From: an uncultured Pseudomonadota bacterium
GTDB taxonomy: Bacteria; Babelota; Babeliae; Babelales; CAIQNR01
DNA length: 41,322 nt
Reading direction: 5' to 3'
NCBI GenBank assembly: GCA_964547785.1
Contig: CAZJPB010000001.1
Coordinates: 1-41,322, forward strand
Position numbers and translations under genes: made by a program. Positions 24,421 to 35,560 of the stretch are shown piece by piece. Under the pieces are notes generated by a model. It made no database searches, was not told the origin of the DNA, and saw only the letters and a program-made list of their open reading frames with translations. Every line of letters starts with the position of its first letter. The first letter of the stretch is position 1.

Positions 24421-24831
24421 CTAATCAGCATCCATCTGTTTTTGAAAGATCTTGTACGAAAGATATGAATCTAAGATTAAAGCTGCGGCCAAAGAATGTA
24501 TGTCCTCTTTGTTTTTTGCCTTTTGTAATTTATGAGCATGTTGACTCGTTAATCGTTCATATCACAAAATCCATCGAACGGCTGGAAATTTTCTTTCTAA
24601 ATCTTCTTTTTAAAGCACTATTTTTTTTGTCTGCTCGCTTTCTGTTCCTCGTAAAGTTTTTGGATACCCGATAACTATTTCACTGATTTTTTCATCTTGC
24701 AATAAATGCTCAATAAAAACAAACAATGTATCTTTTTCTATAGTTTTTAAAGGTCGTGCTAAAATACAAGATGCGTCAGAAATAGCTGTTCCTATCCATC
24801 TATCTCCAAGATCTAATGCCGCTATTTTCAT
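24421..24831 (-). pseudogene. ruvX: ruvX/yqgF (putative pre-16S rRNA nuclease / Holliday-junction-resolvase-like) with two in-frame stops
   Basis: The N-terminal 73 aa are YqgF-like (MKIAALDLGDRWIGTAISD...IVIGYPKTLRGTES). The same frame continues through TAA (24610-24612) and TGA (24562-24564) into YqgF C-terminal motifs (YERLTS...AAALILDSYL), ending at TAG 24421-24423. Total length is 137 codons. Confidence 0.7.
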
Positions 24832-24938
24832 GCATAATCTTTCTTTTAAGAAACATTAATTAGTAAGACAAACAGTATAAATTTTTTTTCAATTTGGTAC
24901 ATTTAAAACATTATATCGTAACATAAAGGAAAAATCGC

Positions 24939-26270
24939 ATGCTTTTGCAGATTGTAACATCTATTCGTGATGCTATTTGTTTTTCGCCCATCTATTTAGG
25001 GTTGATTGCTGGAATAGCCATCCTCCTTACCGTAGCTTTAAAAGGTGTTCAATTCCGTTATTTTTTTAAAAGCTGGAAACTAGCTTTAGGATCATCTAAC
25101 GAAACAACAACGACCACAGAAAAAGGTGACATGTCTGTCTTCCAGGCATTTTTAAGCGCTCTGAATATCAGTATTGGAAACGGTTGTTTAGCAGGAGTCG
25201 CTGCAGCTTTGCATATTGGTGGACCTGGAGTTGTTTTTTGGATGTTTTGCGCAGGCGCTTTAGAAATGGTATTTAGGTTCGCTGAAGTTTTTTTATCCGT
25301 ATCCTTTTCAAAATTAGCACGCAATAAAACCGCTTCTGTTCTTGGCGGACCTTTTTTATATATCGACAAATTACCTTTTGGAGCAGCTTTAGCAACATTG
25401 TATGCCATCTGTTGCTTTATATTTGGATTAGTTGGCGGCAACGCAATGCAATGCAATTCGATCAGCACGGTCTTACAGCATACTTTTCATATCCCCGCAT
25501 CGATGATTGCAATAGCTCTTGGATCATTTGTTTTATATGTTATGTTTGGTGGCGCAAAACGGATTGTCAAGATTTCTGATACCATTATTCCTTTTAAAGT
25601 TGGTCTCTTTTTTATTACCATTTTGCTCATCCTTGGCTACTATCGTCACGAACTGCTTCCGGCTTTATGGCTCATATTTGAATCTGCATTTTATCCAAAA
25701 GCTCTTGCTGGAGCTGCCGTTGGAATGGGCGTCAGGCAAATGATTGGTCTTTCTATATCACGAACCGTTAATGCGTGCGAGGCTGGATTAGGAACAGCTG
25801 CCATTTTTTACGGCAACACAAACAACAGTAATCCTATGAAAGACGCACTCACGAGCATGCTCAGTGTTTTTATGAGCATTAATGTCGTCACACTTTTAGT
25901 CTCTCTTGCTTTGATTGCAAGTGGCGTCTGGAATGGAAACGCTGATGGTGCTGCTCTTGTCGCGCAAGCATACGAATCAGTCTTTGGCATCGCTGGCGGC
26001 TATATTGTTACCGCGTTAACTATGATTTTTGGGCTTGGCGTTTTTGTTCCGTATGGTTATATCGCGCGCCAGTGCTGGCTTTACATCACGAACGGAAAAT
26101 ATGAAACTCTCTTTATTTTTATTTTTACGGGCGCTGCAATTACTGGATCTTTGATGTCGATAGAGCTCGTTTGGACAATGATTGATATTATTGTTGCCTG
26201 TCTTTTAACCATAAATCTCAGTGCTGTTTTATTCTTGCTTGGCTACTTACGATCAAACAGTAAGTTGTAA
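24939..26270 (+). CDS. alanine/glycine:cation symporter (AGCS family)
   Basis: 443-aa polytopic membrane protein with AGCS-like motifs (GVQFRYF, GGPGVVFWMF, EAGLGTAA). Confidence 0.85.
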   Translation: MLLQIVTSIRDAICFSPIYLGLIAGIAILLTVALKGVQFRYFFKSWKLALGSSNETTTTTEKGDMSVFQAFLSALNISIGNGCLAGVAAALHIGGPGVVFWMFCAGALEMVFRFAEVFLSVSFSKLARNKTASVLGGPFLYIDKLPFGAALATLYAICCFIFGLVGGNAMQCNSISTVLQHTFHIPASMIAIALGSFVLYVMFGGAKRIVKISDTIIPFKVGLFFITILLILGYYRHELLPALWLIFESAFYPKALAGAAVGMGVRQMIGLSISRTVNACEAGLGTAAIFYGNTNNSNPMKDALTSMLSVFMSINVVTLLVSLALIASGVWNGNADGAALVAQAYESVFGIAGGYIVTALTMIFGLGVFVPYGYIARQCWLYITNGKYETLFIFIFTGAAITGSLMSIELVWTMIDIIVACLLTINLSAVLFLLGYLRSNSKL

Positions 26271-26279
26271 AATTTTCAA

Positions 26280-28124
26280 TTATTCAACGGTAACTGATTT
26301 TGCAAGGTTTCGCGGGCGATCGATTGAGCAACCTTTAACTTTTGCAATTGCGTACATTAACAATTGCATAATGCCTGTCATTTGAATAATGCCAAAATGA
26401 TGTTCCGTTTTTGGAAGCACAATTGCATGATCTGCAAGGTCTTTGAGTTCCTGTTGCCCTTCAAAAACAAATGCTAAAATGTGTCCCTTGCGCGCTTTGA
26501 TTTCTTGCGCGCTTGAAACTAACTTTTGATAAATGATCGGATCAGGATGAGAAAAAATACAGACAGGTGTATGCTCATCAATAAGTGCCAAAGGACCATG
26601 TTTTAGTTCGCCTGCAGGATATGCTTGAGAAAAAATATACGCTATTTCTTTAAGTTTTAATGCTGCTTCTAGCGCAAAAGGATAGCTGCTATGCCTTCCT
26701 AAAAAAATAAAATTTGCATAACGCGCATACAAAGGCGCCAAAACATCAAAAATATATTCTTTATAAGCAACAAGATTATTTTCTAAAAACTCACCTGCTA
26801 ACAATAATGCATCCTGTTCATGTTCAAATTGATTTTTATCAATAATACCACGTTCTAATGCAATCTTTTGAGCTAACCAATAGAGAGAAACGATTTGTGT
26901 GGTGAATGCTTTTGTTGATGCAACGGCCATCTCTGGGCCTGCATACGTCAATAAAACGCCATCAGCTTCGCGCGCTAATGAACTAGAAAGAACATTTGTT
27001 ACGGCTAATATTTTTTGATTATATTTTTTTAAAAATCGAGCGATTTCTAACGTATCTGCTGTCTCTCCAGACTGAGAAACCAAAATATATACTATTTTTT
27101 CTCGAGGGAAAAAAGTGCGATACCTAAATTCAGAAGCTAAGGCCGCTGTTGTCGGAATAGCAACATGTTCTTCGAAAAAAAATTCAGCTATCCTGCCTGC
27201 ATGCCACGACGTTCCGCAACCAATAATTTTTATAGCATCGATATTTTTAAAAAAATCGCCTGAAAAACCGATTGTGGTAAAAAACGAATCTTGCATATTT
27301 TGATAATGCGCAATTGTTTTATAAATAGCTGATTTTTGTTCGTAAATTTCTTTAAGCATAAAATGTTCATAGCCATCTTTTTCTGATGCTATCCACACTT
27401 TATCAAGAAATTGAACGGTAAGTCTAAGTGGTGTATTAAAAAAATCGACTGCCTGAGCCTGCTCTTTTGAAATATAAACAATGGTATGCTCTGGAATAAA
27501 AATAACTTTTTCTACTAATCCAGAAAACGCGAGCACATCGGACGCTACAAACATTTCGTTATCGCCAACGCCGATGCACAAAGGAGAATTTTTTCGCAAT
27601 GCAATCATAACATCCGGAAAATCTTCCATCATAATCACGATTGCATAAGCACCAACAAGACGCGATGCGAGTATCTGCGCAGCATATCGATAATCTTGAT
27701 GTTCGGTTAATGCTTGCTCAAAAAGATGGGCTATGATTTCGCTATCAGTTTGCGAAGAAAAAATATGCCCTAAAGCTTCTAGTTCAGCTTTTAAAGCAAC
27801 ATGATTTTCTATAATACCATTATGAACGACTGCAATTTTTTTTTTACAATCTAAATGAGGATGAGCATTGTTTTCGGAAGGAATGCCATGCGTTGACCAA
27901 CGAGTATGACCTATACCAACAAATCCATCAACAGCATTTTTATCTAAAGCAGCTTCTAACGAAGCTATGCCGCCAACCGTTTTTACGCATACAAGTTTTT
28001 GAGAATTTTTTTCGATACACGCAAAACCAGAAGAGTCATAGCCACGATACTCTAAACGAGAAAGCCCCTGCATCACCAAAGCACAACTTTTACGATGTCC
28101 TATATAACCAACAACGCTACACAT
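26280..28124 (-). CDS. glmS: glutamine--fructose-6-phosphate aminotransferase (isomerizing)
   Basis: 614 aa. N-terminal Cys nucleophile (MCSVVGYIG), GHTRWSTHG, two SIS domains, C-terminal ...AKSVTVE. Confidence 0.95.
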   Translation of the reverse strand: MCSVVGYIGHRKSCALVMQGLSRLEYRGYDSSGFACIEKNSQKLVCVKTVGGIASLEAALDKNAVDGFVGIGHTRWSTHGIPSENNAHPHLDCKKKIAVVHNGIIENHVALKAELEALGHIFSSQTDSEIIAHLFEQALTEHQDYRYAAQILASRLVGAYAIVIMMEDFPDVMIALRKNSPLCIGVGDNEMFVASDVLAFSGLVEKVIFIPEHTIVYISKEQAQAVDFFNTPLRLTVQFLDKVWIASEKDGYEHFMLKEIYEQKSAIYKTIAHYQNMQDSFFTTIGFSGDFFKNIDAIKIIGCGTSWHAGRIAEFFFEEHVAIPTTAALASEFRYRTFFPREKIVYILVSQSGETADTLEIARFLKKYNQKILAVTNVLSSSLAREADGVLLTYAGPEMAVASTKAFTTQIVSLYWLAQKIALERGIIDKNQFEHEQDALLLAGEFLENNLVAYKEYIFDVLAPLYARYANFIFLGRHSSYPFALEAALKLKEIAYIFSQAYPAGELKHGPLALIDEHTPVCIFSHPDPIIYQKLVSSAQEIKARKGHILAFVFEGQQELKDLADHAIVLPKTEHHFGIIQMTGIMQLLMYAIAKVKGCSIDRPRNLAKSVTVE

Positions 28125-28190
28125 CGCTACTCATTACTTTAAAAAGCATTCTGATTGTATTGATAAACACACCAAAACAATCAACCATTC

Positions 28191-28616
28191 TTAACGTTTT
28201 ACGAATTGGAATTTACGACGTGCACCCTTTTGACCAGGTTTTTTACGCTCTTTATTACGAGGATCAACGGTCAAGAAGCCATTTTCTCTTAAAAGCGCAC
28301 GAAATGAATCATCTTCTTTAACCAAAGCGCGAGCTATGCCAAGTCTTATTGCATCAGATTGAGCACATTTTCCGCCACCATAAACATTTACAACGATATC
28401 GTATTTAACAAGAGCATCGCACACAATAAGTGATTTGATAGCATTTGCTCTAGTTTCTTCGGTAGGAAAATAATCAGCACATTTCATAGAATTGATCGCA
28501 ACGCCACCTTGGCCTTTACGAAGCCATACACGAGCAACAGCTGATTTACGACGCCCAACAACACCAATAATTGATTGATTTTTTACTGTTTTTTGTTCTT
28601 CTTTAGCTCTGACCAT
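28191..28616 (-). CDS. rpsI: 30S ribosomal protein S9
   Basis: S9 motifs: GRRKSAVARVWL, GGGKCAQSDAIRLGIARAL, and a C-terminal ...ARRKFQFVKR. AAGGGTGG RBS. Confidence 0.95.
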   Translation of the reverse strand: MVRAKEEQKTVKNQSIIGVVGRRKSAVARVWLRKGQGGVAINSMKCADYFPTEETRANAIKSLIVCDALVKYDIVVNVYGGGKCAQSDAIRLGIARALVKEDDSFRALLRENGFLTVDPRNKERKKPGQKGARRKFQFVKR

Positions 28617-28669
28617 CTGATCTTATACCACCCTTAAAAAGGAATTTTTTATTATTTTATGATTTTGAA

Positions 28670-28697
28670 AGTCTAACACGATCATGAATCTTGTCAA
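28670..28697 (-). promoter_or_regulatory. candidate sigma70-type promoter for rpsI
   Basis: On the minus strand, TTGACA (28692-28697) is followed by a 16-nt spacer and TAGACT (28670-28675), about 54 nt upstream of the rpsI ATG. This is pattern match only. Confidence 0.3.
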
Positions 28698-28712
28698 TTC
28701 TAACGATTTTTC

Positions 28713-28787
<75 letters not shown>

Positions 28788-28850
28788 AGTCTAAAAAAGC
28801 TCAGGATAACCCTTTACAAAGCTTGAGTCAAAATTGCACACAAATGTTTA

Positions 28851-29237
28851 TTAAAAAAAGTTATTTGATCGATCTCTATACGACTGCTCTTCTACCAATT
28901 CTTGGCACGACAAACAACGCGTTGCATTCGGATAGAGCTCAAGGCGTCGCTGAGAAATATTCTGCTGACAATCTGCGCAAATACCATATTCTCCAGAATC
29001 TAGCATTTTGAGAGCTTTTTCGATCACCTTGTATTCTTCATATTCATTATTATGCAAAGAGCTTTTCAAGCTTTCAAAAGCCGCTGAAATTGCTTGATCA
29101 CCTGGATCTTGCACTTGGCTTCCTGAATCATCATCTTGCTGTAACTGAGCAATAGCATGCTCTAATTCTTTTTTTCGATTCAGCAGTACTGTTTTTATTT
29201 TTTCAAGTTCTTTGATGGTTCTTTTTGCTTCACTCAC
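28851..29237 (-). CDS. DksA/TraR-family C4 zinc-finger protein
   Basis: 128 aa. Coiled-coil N-terminal half and C-terminal CADCQQNISQRRLELYPNATRCLSCQ (CxxC-x17-CxxC). Confidence 0.75.
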   Translation of the reverse strand: MSEAKRTIKELEKIKTVLLNRKKELEHAIAQLQQDDDSGSQVQDPGDQAISAAFESLKSSLHNNEYEEYKVIEKALKMLDSGEYGICADCQQNISQRRLELYPNATRCLSCQELVEEQSYRDRSNNFF

Positions 29238-29703
29238 TTTTTTTCCTTTTATTTTGAAAAAATTTTTTTAATATGGCCGCGCATTCCTCTTCATTAATAC
29301 CCCCTTTAATCACGGAAATATTCTTGTTATATAAAGGAATAAAAAAATCTCTGTCAAGATGATTCCCAAAAAGATGCGAATGCGCTCCAAAAAAAACATG
29401 CTTTATTCGGCTCAATCGCAAGGCTCCCATACACATTAAACAGGGCTCAAGTGTAACATACAAACGACAGTTTTCAAGCCGCCAATTATTTTTTTGCAAA
29501 GCAGCTTTTTGTAGTGCTTCCATTTCTGCATGAGCAGTTTGTGTTTTGTTGCGCTCGACCTTATTAGAGCCGTATCCAATTATCTCTTCTTTATCTGAAA
29601 CAATAAGCGCTCCAATCGGAACCTCTTGCTCTTCAAAAGCCTGCTTGGCATAGTGTAAAGCAATCTGCATATAATATTCATCTGAAGCGTTATCTTGATT
29701 CAT
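29230..29703 (-). CDS. tadA: tRNA-specific adenosine deaminase
   Basis: CDA-fold zinc motifs HAEMEAL and PCLMCMGAL. 157 aa. Its 3' end overlaps the start of the downstream DksA/TraR-like gene (28851-29237) by 8 nt. Confidence 0.9.
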   Translation of the reverse strand: MNQDNASDEYYMQIALHYAKQAFEEQEVPIGALIVSDKEEIIGYGSNKVERNKTQTAHAEMEALQKAALQKNNWRLENCRLYVTLEPCLMCMGALRLSRIKHVFFGAHSHLFGNHLDRDFFIPLYNKNISVIKGGINEEECAAILKKFFQNKRKKSE

Positions 29704-29886
29704 AAAAAAAGCCTTTATTAAAAAAATTGTATTTTTTGATTTTGTCCTGTTAGTAGTGAATTATCATTTTTTAAAGTATACTTACATACTATAATTTTTA
29801 GTTTTTTTGTATAAAAAATAAAAATAAAATCAGAACTATATAACGTTTGTATTAAAAATGAGTAGGAATGCAAAAGGGGCCATTGT

Positions 29887-32295
29887 ATGTCTAAAGAATT
29901 AGAAAAAAAAAATGAATATGGTGCGACCTCAATTCGCGTCATGGAAGGACTTGAAGCGGTACGAAAACGTCCTGCGATGTATATCGGATCTACTGGACCG
30001 CAAGGATTGCATCATTTAGTCTACGAAGTCGTTGACAACTCTGTTGATGAAGCGCTTGCAGGCTACTGTACCACTATAAAAGTTATTTTACATACCGATG
30101 GATCGTGCTCTGTAGAAGATAATGGTCGCGGTATTCCTACTGATATTCATCCTACGGAAAAAATATCTGCTGCTGAAGTTGTATTAACCAAACTGCATGC
30201 CGGCGGTAAATTTGACAAAGATTCTTATCGTTTTTCTGGCGGTCTTCATGGCGTCGGTGTTTCTGTAGTCAACGCTCTTTCTATCAAACTTTATTTAGAA
30301 ATTTATAAAAACGGTTCAGTCTATAGCCAAAGCTACGAAAAAGGTAAACCGCTTGCACCGCTAGCACTCTCTGGAGAAACAACAAAACCAAATGGCACCA
30401 TGGTTCGCTTTATTCCTGATGGCTCAATTTTCACCGAAACTACGACCTTCTCGTTTGATACGCTCTCTGCTCGTTTACGTGAACTTGCTTTTTTAAACAA
30501 AGGCTTGCGTATCAATATTTTTGATGAATCAACCGCAAAAGAACATTCTTTCTTTTTCGAAGGTGGCATTGTTTCGTTAATTGAATTTATTAACGAGAAA
30601 AAAAATCCTATTTTTCCTGAAGTTATTTATTTTCAGCAAGAAGACAAAGACTATGTTCTTGAAATCGCAATGCAATACAACGAAGGATATGCAGAACAAT
30701 TATATTCATTCGTGAACAACATTAATACGATTGATGGCGGAACGCACGTTGCTGGCTTTAAAGCTGCACTTACTAAAACATGTAATAAACGCGCAACTAC
30801 TTTAGGAATGCTCAAACAAGGCAATAATCTTTCGAGCGAAGATGTTCGAGAAGGATTAGTCGCTGTTATTAATATCAAAGTTCCTGAACCACAATTTGAA
30901 GGTCAAACAAAAGGAAAACTTGGCAACAGCGAAGTCAAACGGATTGTAGAAACTTGGTCATTTGCAAGTCTTGATACCTACTTTGAAGAACATCCTGCGA
31001 TTATTAAAAAAATTATTCAAAAAGCTGAACTTGCTCAACGAGCGCGAGAAGCGGCAAAAAAAGCTCGCGATTTAACACGCAGAAAAACTGAACTTGAAAG
31101 TACTATTTTGCCAGGAAAGCTCACTGATTGCTCTAACGAAAATCCTGCTGACACTGAATTGTTTATCGTAGAAGGAGAATCTGCAGGCGGTTCTGCAAAA
31201 CAAGGACGAGATCGTTTTTTTCAAGCAATCTTGCCACTCAAAGGTAAAATTTTAAACGTCGAAAAAGCGCGCCTTGATCGCATTCTTTCTAACGAAGAAA
31301 TTAAAGCGCTCATTGCTGCTATTGGTGCAGGAATTGCTGAAGAATTAAATGTAGAAAAAGTTCGTTATCACAAAATTATTTTAATGACTGACGCTGACGT
31401 TGATGGCTCGCATATTCGAACATTACTTTTAACTTTCTTTTTTAGATATATGAAACCAGTCATTGAAAATGGTTATCTCTATATCGCTCAACCGCCACTT
31501 TATAAAGCAAAATTAGGCAAAAAAGAACAGTATCTTAAAGATGAACGCGCTTTGCGAGATTTTTTATTTGATTGGGCTCGAGAACAACTTATATGCACCA
31601 TCGACAATCATAATTTAACCGAAATAGCTTGGTTAAATTATTTACAAAATATCACTAAATACGAAAACGAACTTGATAAATTATGTATCATCTTCAGATT
31701 AAATCATTCTCAAGCGCATAAACTTTTACTGACTATTCGCGAACATAATCTTTCTTTACATTCAGAACCTCATGATATTATTGACGCATTACGATCTTCT
31801 TTTAAAGGATATAAAGTTTCTATCACCTGCCAAGAAGCACAAAAAGAACTTGTAGATGCACCTTTAGAATGGATCACTTTTGAAATTTTACACAAATCAT
31901 GGCAAGTGCCTTTAACATTTTTTACTTGCGAAGAAACATATCTTGTTTTAAAAAATATTGATGCACTTTTTGATGCTGAAAAATCTTGGGTGCTCGAAAT
32001 AAAAGATAAAAATAAATCCGTAACAGGAACTGGCATCATTAATTTAGTAACTATGATTAGAACCATCAGCAAACCATACATGCATATACAACGCTACAAA
32101 GGTCTTGGAGAAATGAACGCTGAACAATTGTGGGAAACCGCAATGGATCGTGACACACGTTCTTTATTGCAAGTCTCTATCGAAGATGCGTTAGAAGCTG
32201 ATGCTTGGTTTGCAACGTTAATGGGTGATGATGTAAGTGGAAGAAAGGAATTTATTGAAAAAAATGGCCGATTTGCAAAAAACCTCGATGTTTAA
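29887..32295 (+). CDS. gyrB: DNA gyrase subunit B
   Basis: 802 aa. Contains [24 protein letters not shown], the GHKL ATPase motifs, the Toprim EGESAGG and [10 protein letters not shown], and the C-terminal [17 protein letters not shown]. No gyrA is adjacent. Confidence 0.97.
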   Translation: MSKELEKKNEYGATSIRVMEGLEAVRKRPAMYIGSTGPQGLHHLVYEVVDNSVDEALAGYCTTIKVILHTDGSCSVEDNGRGIPTDIHPTEKISAAEVVLTKLHAGGKFDKDSYRFSGGLHGVGVSVVNALSIKLYLEIYKNGSVYSQSYEKGKPLAPLALSGETTKPNGTMVRFIPDGSIFTETTTFSFDTLSARLRELAFLNKGLRINIFDESTAKEHSFFFEGGIVSLIEFINEKKNPIFPEVIYFQQEDKDYVLEIAMQYNEGYAEQLYSFVNNINTIDGGTHVAGFKAALTKTCNKRATTLGMLKQGNNLSSEDVREGLVAVINIKVPEPQFEGQTKGKLGNSEVKRIVETWSFASLDTYFEEHPAIIKKIIQKAELAQRAREAAKKARDLTRRKTELESTILPGKLTDCSNENPADTELFIVEGESAGGSAKQGRDRFFQAILPLKGKILNVEKARLDRILSNEEIKALIAAIGAGIAEELNVEKVRYHKIILMTDADVDGSHIRTLLLTFFFRYMKPVIENGYLYIAQPPLYKAKLGKKEQYLKDERALRDFLFDWAREQLICTIDNHNLTEIAWLNYLQNITKYENELDKLCIIFRLNHSQAHKLLLTIREHNLSLHSEPHDIIDALRSSFKGYKVSITCQEAQKELVDAPLEWITFEILHKSWQVPLTFFTCEETYLVLKNIDALFDAEKSWVLEIKDKNKSVTGTGIINLVTMIRTISKPYMHIQRYKGLGEMNAEQLWETAMDRDTRSLLQVSIEDALEADAWFATLMGDDVSGRKEFIEKNGRFAKNLDV

Positions 32296-33259
32296 TTTAG
32301 ATCTTATTCCTAAGAATAGTAGGCTCGTGATAGGACTTTCGGGAGGTCCCGATTCTGTCTATCTTTTGCACAGATTACATGAACTTAAAAATAAGCATGG
32401 GTTTTTTTTGATTGCTGTTCATTTTGATCATGAATGGCGCGAATCATCAAAAGCAGATGCGGCATTTTGTAAAAAATTATGCACAGAATTAGATGTAGCT
32501 TTTGTTCTTGAGCGCGCAAGTACTCTTAAAAAACAATTTATTTCTAATGGATCAAAAGAAGCTCTTGCTCGAGACATGCGCAGATATGTTTTTGAAAAAA
32601 CCTTAAAAGAGTACGATGCCGACGCGGTGTTACTAGCTCACCATCTTGACGACCAACAAGAAACTTTTTTTATTAATTTAATTCGAGGCACATCACTAAC
32701 TGGCCTTTGCGGCATGGCATCCATCAATGCTTTTTATGTGAGACCAATGCTCGATGTTCCAAAAAAAGAAATTTTAGAATACTTAGAAGCATATTCTATT
32801 CCATTTTGTGTTGATCCAACAAATACTGATGATGCTTTTCTGCGCAATCGCATACGTTCTTCCGTAATGCCAGCCTTACTTACATGCGATGATCGCGCGA
32901 AAAACAATCTTACAAAAACCATGCATCAATTACAACAAATAGAAAATTTTTTAAAAGAACTTACTCTTGAAGCTCTTAGTGTCATTGCTGCACCATCCGA
33001 TGGCGTGGATGATGACGGTGAACCAATAAAGTATTTTAATGTTAATTTAGAAACTTTTTTTAAATTACCTGTATATATGCAAATGAGATCTTTAAGCACT
33101 TGGATTAGGCTCGAAATGGATGACTGCTCAATATCAGAAAGCTTTTTAGAGGAAGTAATCAGATTTTTAGAAAGTCCTCGCGGCGGAAAACATCAAATTT
33201 CTCCAACCTGGTCAATGACTAAAAAAAAGGGAATCGCCTCACTTGAACGGAATAGTTAA
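32237..33259 (+). CDS. tilS: tRNA(Ile)-lysidine synthetase
   Basis: PP-loop motif GLSGGPDSV, plus HFDH and AHHLDDQ.ETF. The ORF-track start at 32237 is GTG and overlaps gyrB by 59 nt. ATG alternatives at 32264 and 32288 are equally plausible. Confidence 0.85.
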   Translation: MEERNLLKKMADLQKTSMFNLDLIPKNSRLVIGLSGGPDSVYLLHRLHELKNKHGFFLIAVHFDHEWRESSKADAAFCKKLCTELDVAFVLERASTLKKQFISNGSKEALARDMRRYVFEKTLKEYDADAVLLAHHLDDQQETFFINLIRGTSLTGLCGMASINAFYVRPMLDVPKKEILEYLEAYSIPFCVDPTNTDDAFLRNRIRSSVMPALLTCDDRAKNNLTKTMHQLQQIENFLKELTLEALSVIAAPSDGVDDDGEPIKYFNVNLETFFKLPVYMQMRSLSTWIRLEMDDCSISESFLEEVIRFLESPRGGKHQISPTWSMTKKKGIASLERNS

Positions 33260-33263
33260 TGCT

Positions 33264-33785
33264 TTAAGGCCTGTCTATTCTTTCAGCTAAATCAGCAATA
33301 GCTCCTGTAAGATTTTCATGAAATTCTTCTATGGTTAACTGTGATACAGATTCTGCTAACACTGGATCTATTCTGCGCATTTTTATAGTAAAATCCCTTA
33401 ATACCAATGGATCATTGTAAGGTAATTGAGTTTCTAGCAAAAGCCCTGCTTCTTCTCTCTCTTTTTTTAATTTTCTTACATATTTAAAGTAAAAAAAGGG
33501 AACATAAAAACAATTTGGGCACTCCCTATAAATATCTTGCCTTTGATAAGTACTTAAAAGTGTATCAAACTTCATCATATATTTTTCTAATGACTCAAGA
33601 TTTTGTAATGGAGTGCTTGCATTGATTTGATAAATGTGCCTAAAGCCAATGTTTCCAAGATCATGATAGTCTTCTGGTATGACATAATAAAATGATTGCT
33701 CTAAAACATTAGCTCGTCGTTTTTGATCACTTGCCTGAATATTCATCAACATTAAGCTCATTAAAAAAAATAGTTTAGCCTTCAC
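33264..33785 (-). CDS. secreted protein (ORFan)
   Basis: 173 aa with a signal-peptide-like N-terminus (MKAKLFFLMSLMLMNIQAS). No family recognised. Confidence 0.55.
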   Translation of the reverse strand: MKAKLFFLMSLMLMNIQASDQKRRANVLEQSFYYVIPEDYHDLGNIGFRHIYQINASTPLQNLESLEKYMMKFDTLLSTYQRQDIYRECPNCFYVPFFYFKYVRKLKKEREEAGLLLETQLPYNDPLVLRDFTIKMRRIDPVLAESVSQLTIEEFHENLTGAIADLAERIDRP

Positions 33786-33859
33786 ACGATTCCTTTTAGT
33801 AATTAAGATTTATTTTTTTTATGTTAGATTGCTACACTAGATCATAGTTATCAAAATGC

Positions 33860-34879
33860 ATGATCTTTAAAAAAAGCCTTGAAAGCACGAGAATGATAAT
33901 AAAAAAATCAAGATCTCCTTTTATCTATTCTTTATTGTTTCATTGTTTGCTTTTTTTTATTCTATCTTTAATGCTTCTAGAAAATAAAACAAAAAATAAT
34001 GTTTCTCACAAAGCACTTTACGATGTTATAAAAAATTTACAAAACAGACAAGAACAAGATACGCATAATATTCAAAAACAAACAGAAGCTGATGATCAAA
34101 CTCCCGATCTAGCAAGATTTGTTGTACCTGCTCCTGTTGTATATTATGGCAATCAAGCGATGATGAATATGCCAACTCCAATAAAAGGCTCTGCTACGGG
34201 AACTTCTAGCTTTGATAAAAATCAATCAACGTTGCCAACTCCTGCAGTTCAACAGGTCGCACAAGAACAAATTAAGCCATCTTCTGAACGATATACGCAA
34301 GAAGCGCAATCGATTCCTCAAGAATCTGCAACCATTCAAGAAACACTTCCTACAGAAATTTTATCTGCAACTTCTTATATTTTTTCCGATAACGCTTTTG
34401 TAGAAAAAACTGGCCCTGCTAAAAAATTAACCCTTGCGGATCTTTTTAAAAATGCGCCTGCCGATATTTCTCAATTTGCAAAAGAAGGACAAAAAACTGC
34501 AACGCAAGCAGGCACCGAAAACGGAGACGTGAATGGATCGGGGCAACAGATAACGATTAAAGAAGGCGACATGAAATATTATACGCTCTGGGCAAAGTTT
34601 TTAAATCATCTAAATCAAGCAGCTCGATTCAATCGTCGCGGCAAAGAACATATTATTTCTCAACTCCTGCACGAAGGAAAAATCGAATACCTTTTACAAT
34701 GTGGCATTACGATTGACGCTTCAGGAAACCTTATTGATATTGCGATCACTCATTCTTCTGGATCAAGAAGATTTGATGAACTTTGTAAAGCTGACATTCA
34801 TGCTGCTGTTCCTTTTCCGCCGCTGCCTGCATCACTGAATAAAAAAACTGCCTGCTTTGAAGTAAGCGTCTATCCATAA
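33860..34879 (+). CDS. TonB-like energy-transducer protein (tentative)
   Basis: N-terminal TM helix (IYSLLFHCLLFFILSLMLL), a long Gln/Pro/Thr-rich linker, and a C-terminal ~90 aa resembling the TonB C-terminal domain (GITIDASGNLIDIAITHSSGSRRFDELCKADIHAAVPFPPLP). The start is uncertain, with an alternative ATG at 33893. Confidence 0.5.
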   Translation: MIFKKSLESTRMIIKKSRSPFIYSLLFHCLLFFILSLMLLENKTKNNVSHKALYDVIKNLQNRQEQDTHNIQKQTEADDQTPDLARFVVPAPVVYYGNQAMMNMPTPIKGSATGTSSFDKNQSTLPTPAVQQVAQEQIKPSSERYTQEAQSIPQESATIQETLPTEILSATSYIFSDNAFVEKTGPAKKLTLADLFKNAPADISQFAKEGQKTATQAGTENGDVNGSGQQITIKEGDMKYYTLWAKFLNHLNQAARFNRRGKEHIISQLLHEGKIEYLLQCGITIDASGNLIDIAITHSSGSRRFDELCKADIHAAVPFPPLPASLNKKTACFEVSVYP

Positions 34880-34951
34880 ATCCTTGTATCTATGCCCTCT
34901 GTGCGTGGTATTATAAAAAACATACAATACTTTGCAAAAAAAGGAGCGCGT

Positions 34952-35488
34952 ATGAAAATAAAGCTATTTGTTTTATTATTTTTTAATCAAGTCTTAGAAC
35001 CTTCGGTCCCTGTTCATTCTGAATTATCAACACAAGTTACTGATACTATTTTGCCAGGATCGCAAGAAGTTCATCAAAAACTAGGTGTTCAAGCAGTCGA
35101 AATTGAATACGCCCTTATCACCTTTACTAAACGAACAAATGATGAAGCTTTGCTTTCGCATTTAGCGCTGCAATGGAAAGGTGATTATATCGAAAAGCTT
35201 CCCGCCGCGCTCTACACAAAACAATATGATCATATGCCACTCAAAGCGCTAGAAGAGAATTTAGTAAGCGAAGGCAAGTGGAATAAAGAAAAACAGACAC
35301 TCTCTTTTACGCTTAGAAAACCGCTTTATTTGTATGGCACTACTACATTTTCTCTCGTTTTTTCGGTCACGCAAGAACTAGAAGCAAAAATAAAACAAGG
35401 CTCATTTGTGATTATTTCATCTTCTTTGCCACGAGCTTTTCAGCAATCTGTGCCAGAAAAAACACTCATTCTTTCTTACCATTGTTAA
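34952..35488 (+). CDS. secreted protein (ORFan)
   Basis: The ATG at 34952 is preceded by an AAGGAG RBS. Signal-peptide-like MKIKLFVLLFFNQVL. The ORF-track start at 34892 is less likely. Confidence 0.55.
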   Translation: MKIKLFVLLFFNQVLEPSVPVHSELSTQVTDTILPGSQEVHQKLGVQAVEIEYALITFTKRTNDEALLSHLALQWKGDYIEKLPAALYTKQYDHMPLKALEENLVSEGKWNKEKQTLSFTLRKPLYLYGTTTFSLVFSVTQELEAKIKQGSFVIISSSLPRAFQQSVPEKTLILSYHC

Positions 35489-35560
35489 ATTGCTGATAAT
35501 ATAAATTTCTTCAATTCAAACATAAAAGTATTAATAATTTTTTGAAAAAATCTCGAATTC

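Noticed and set aside
24562-24564. In-frame TGA at a Trp-aligned position in ruvX, suggesting TGA=Trp (genetic code 4) or another reassignment
   Set aside because: TGA is the terminator of pheT (2156-2158), lspA (1692-1694), yhhQ (9578-9580) and rpsF (17529-17531). Long housekeeping ORFs (gyrB 802 aa, pheT 777 aa, glmS 614 aa) are uninterrupted under the standard code. The TGA in 22289-22846 aligns with Leu, not Trp. ruvX also contains an in-frame TAA. Nonsense mutation or sequence error is the simpler explanation.
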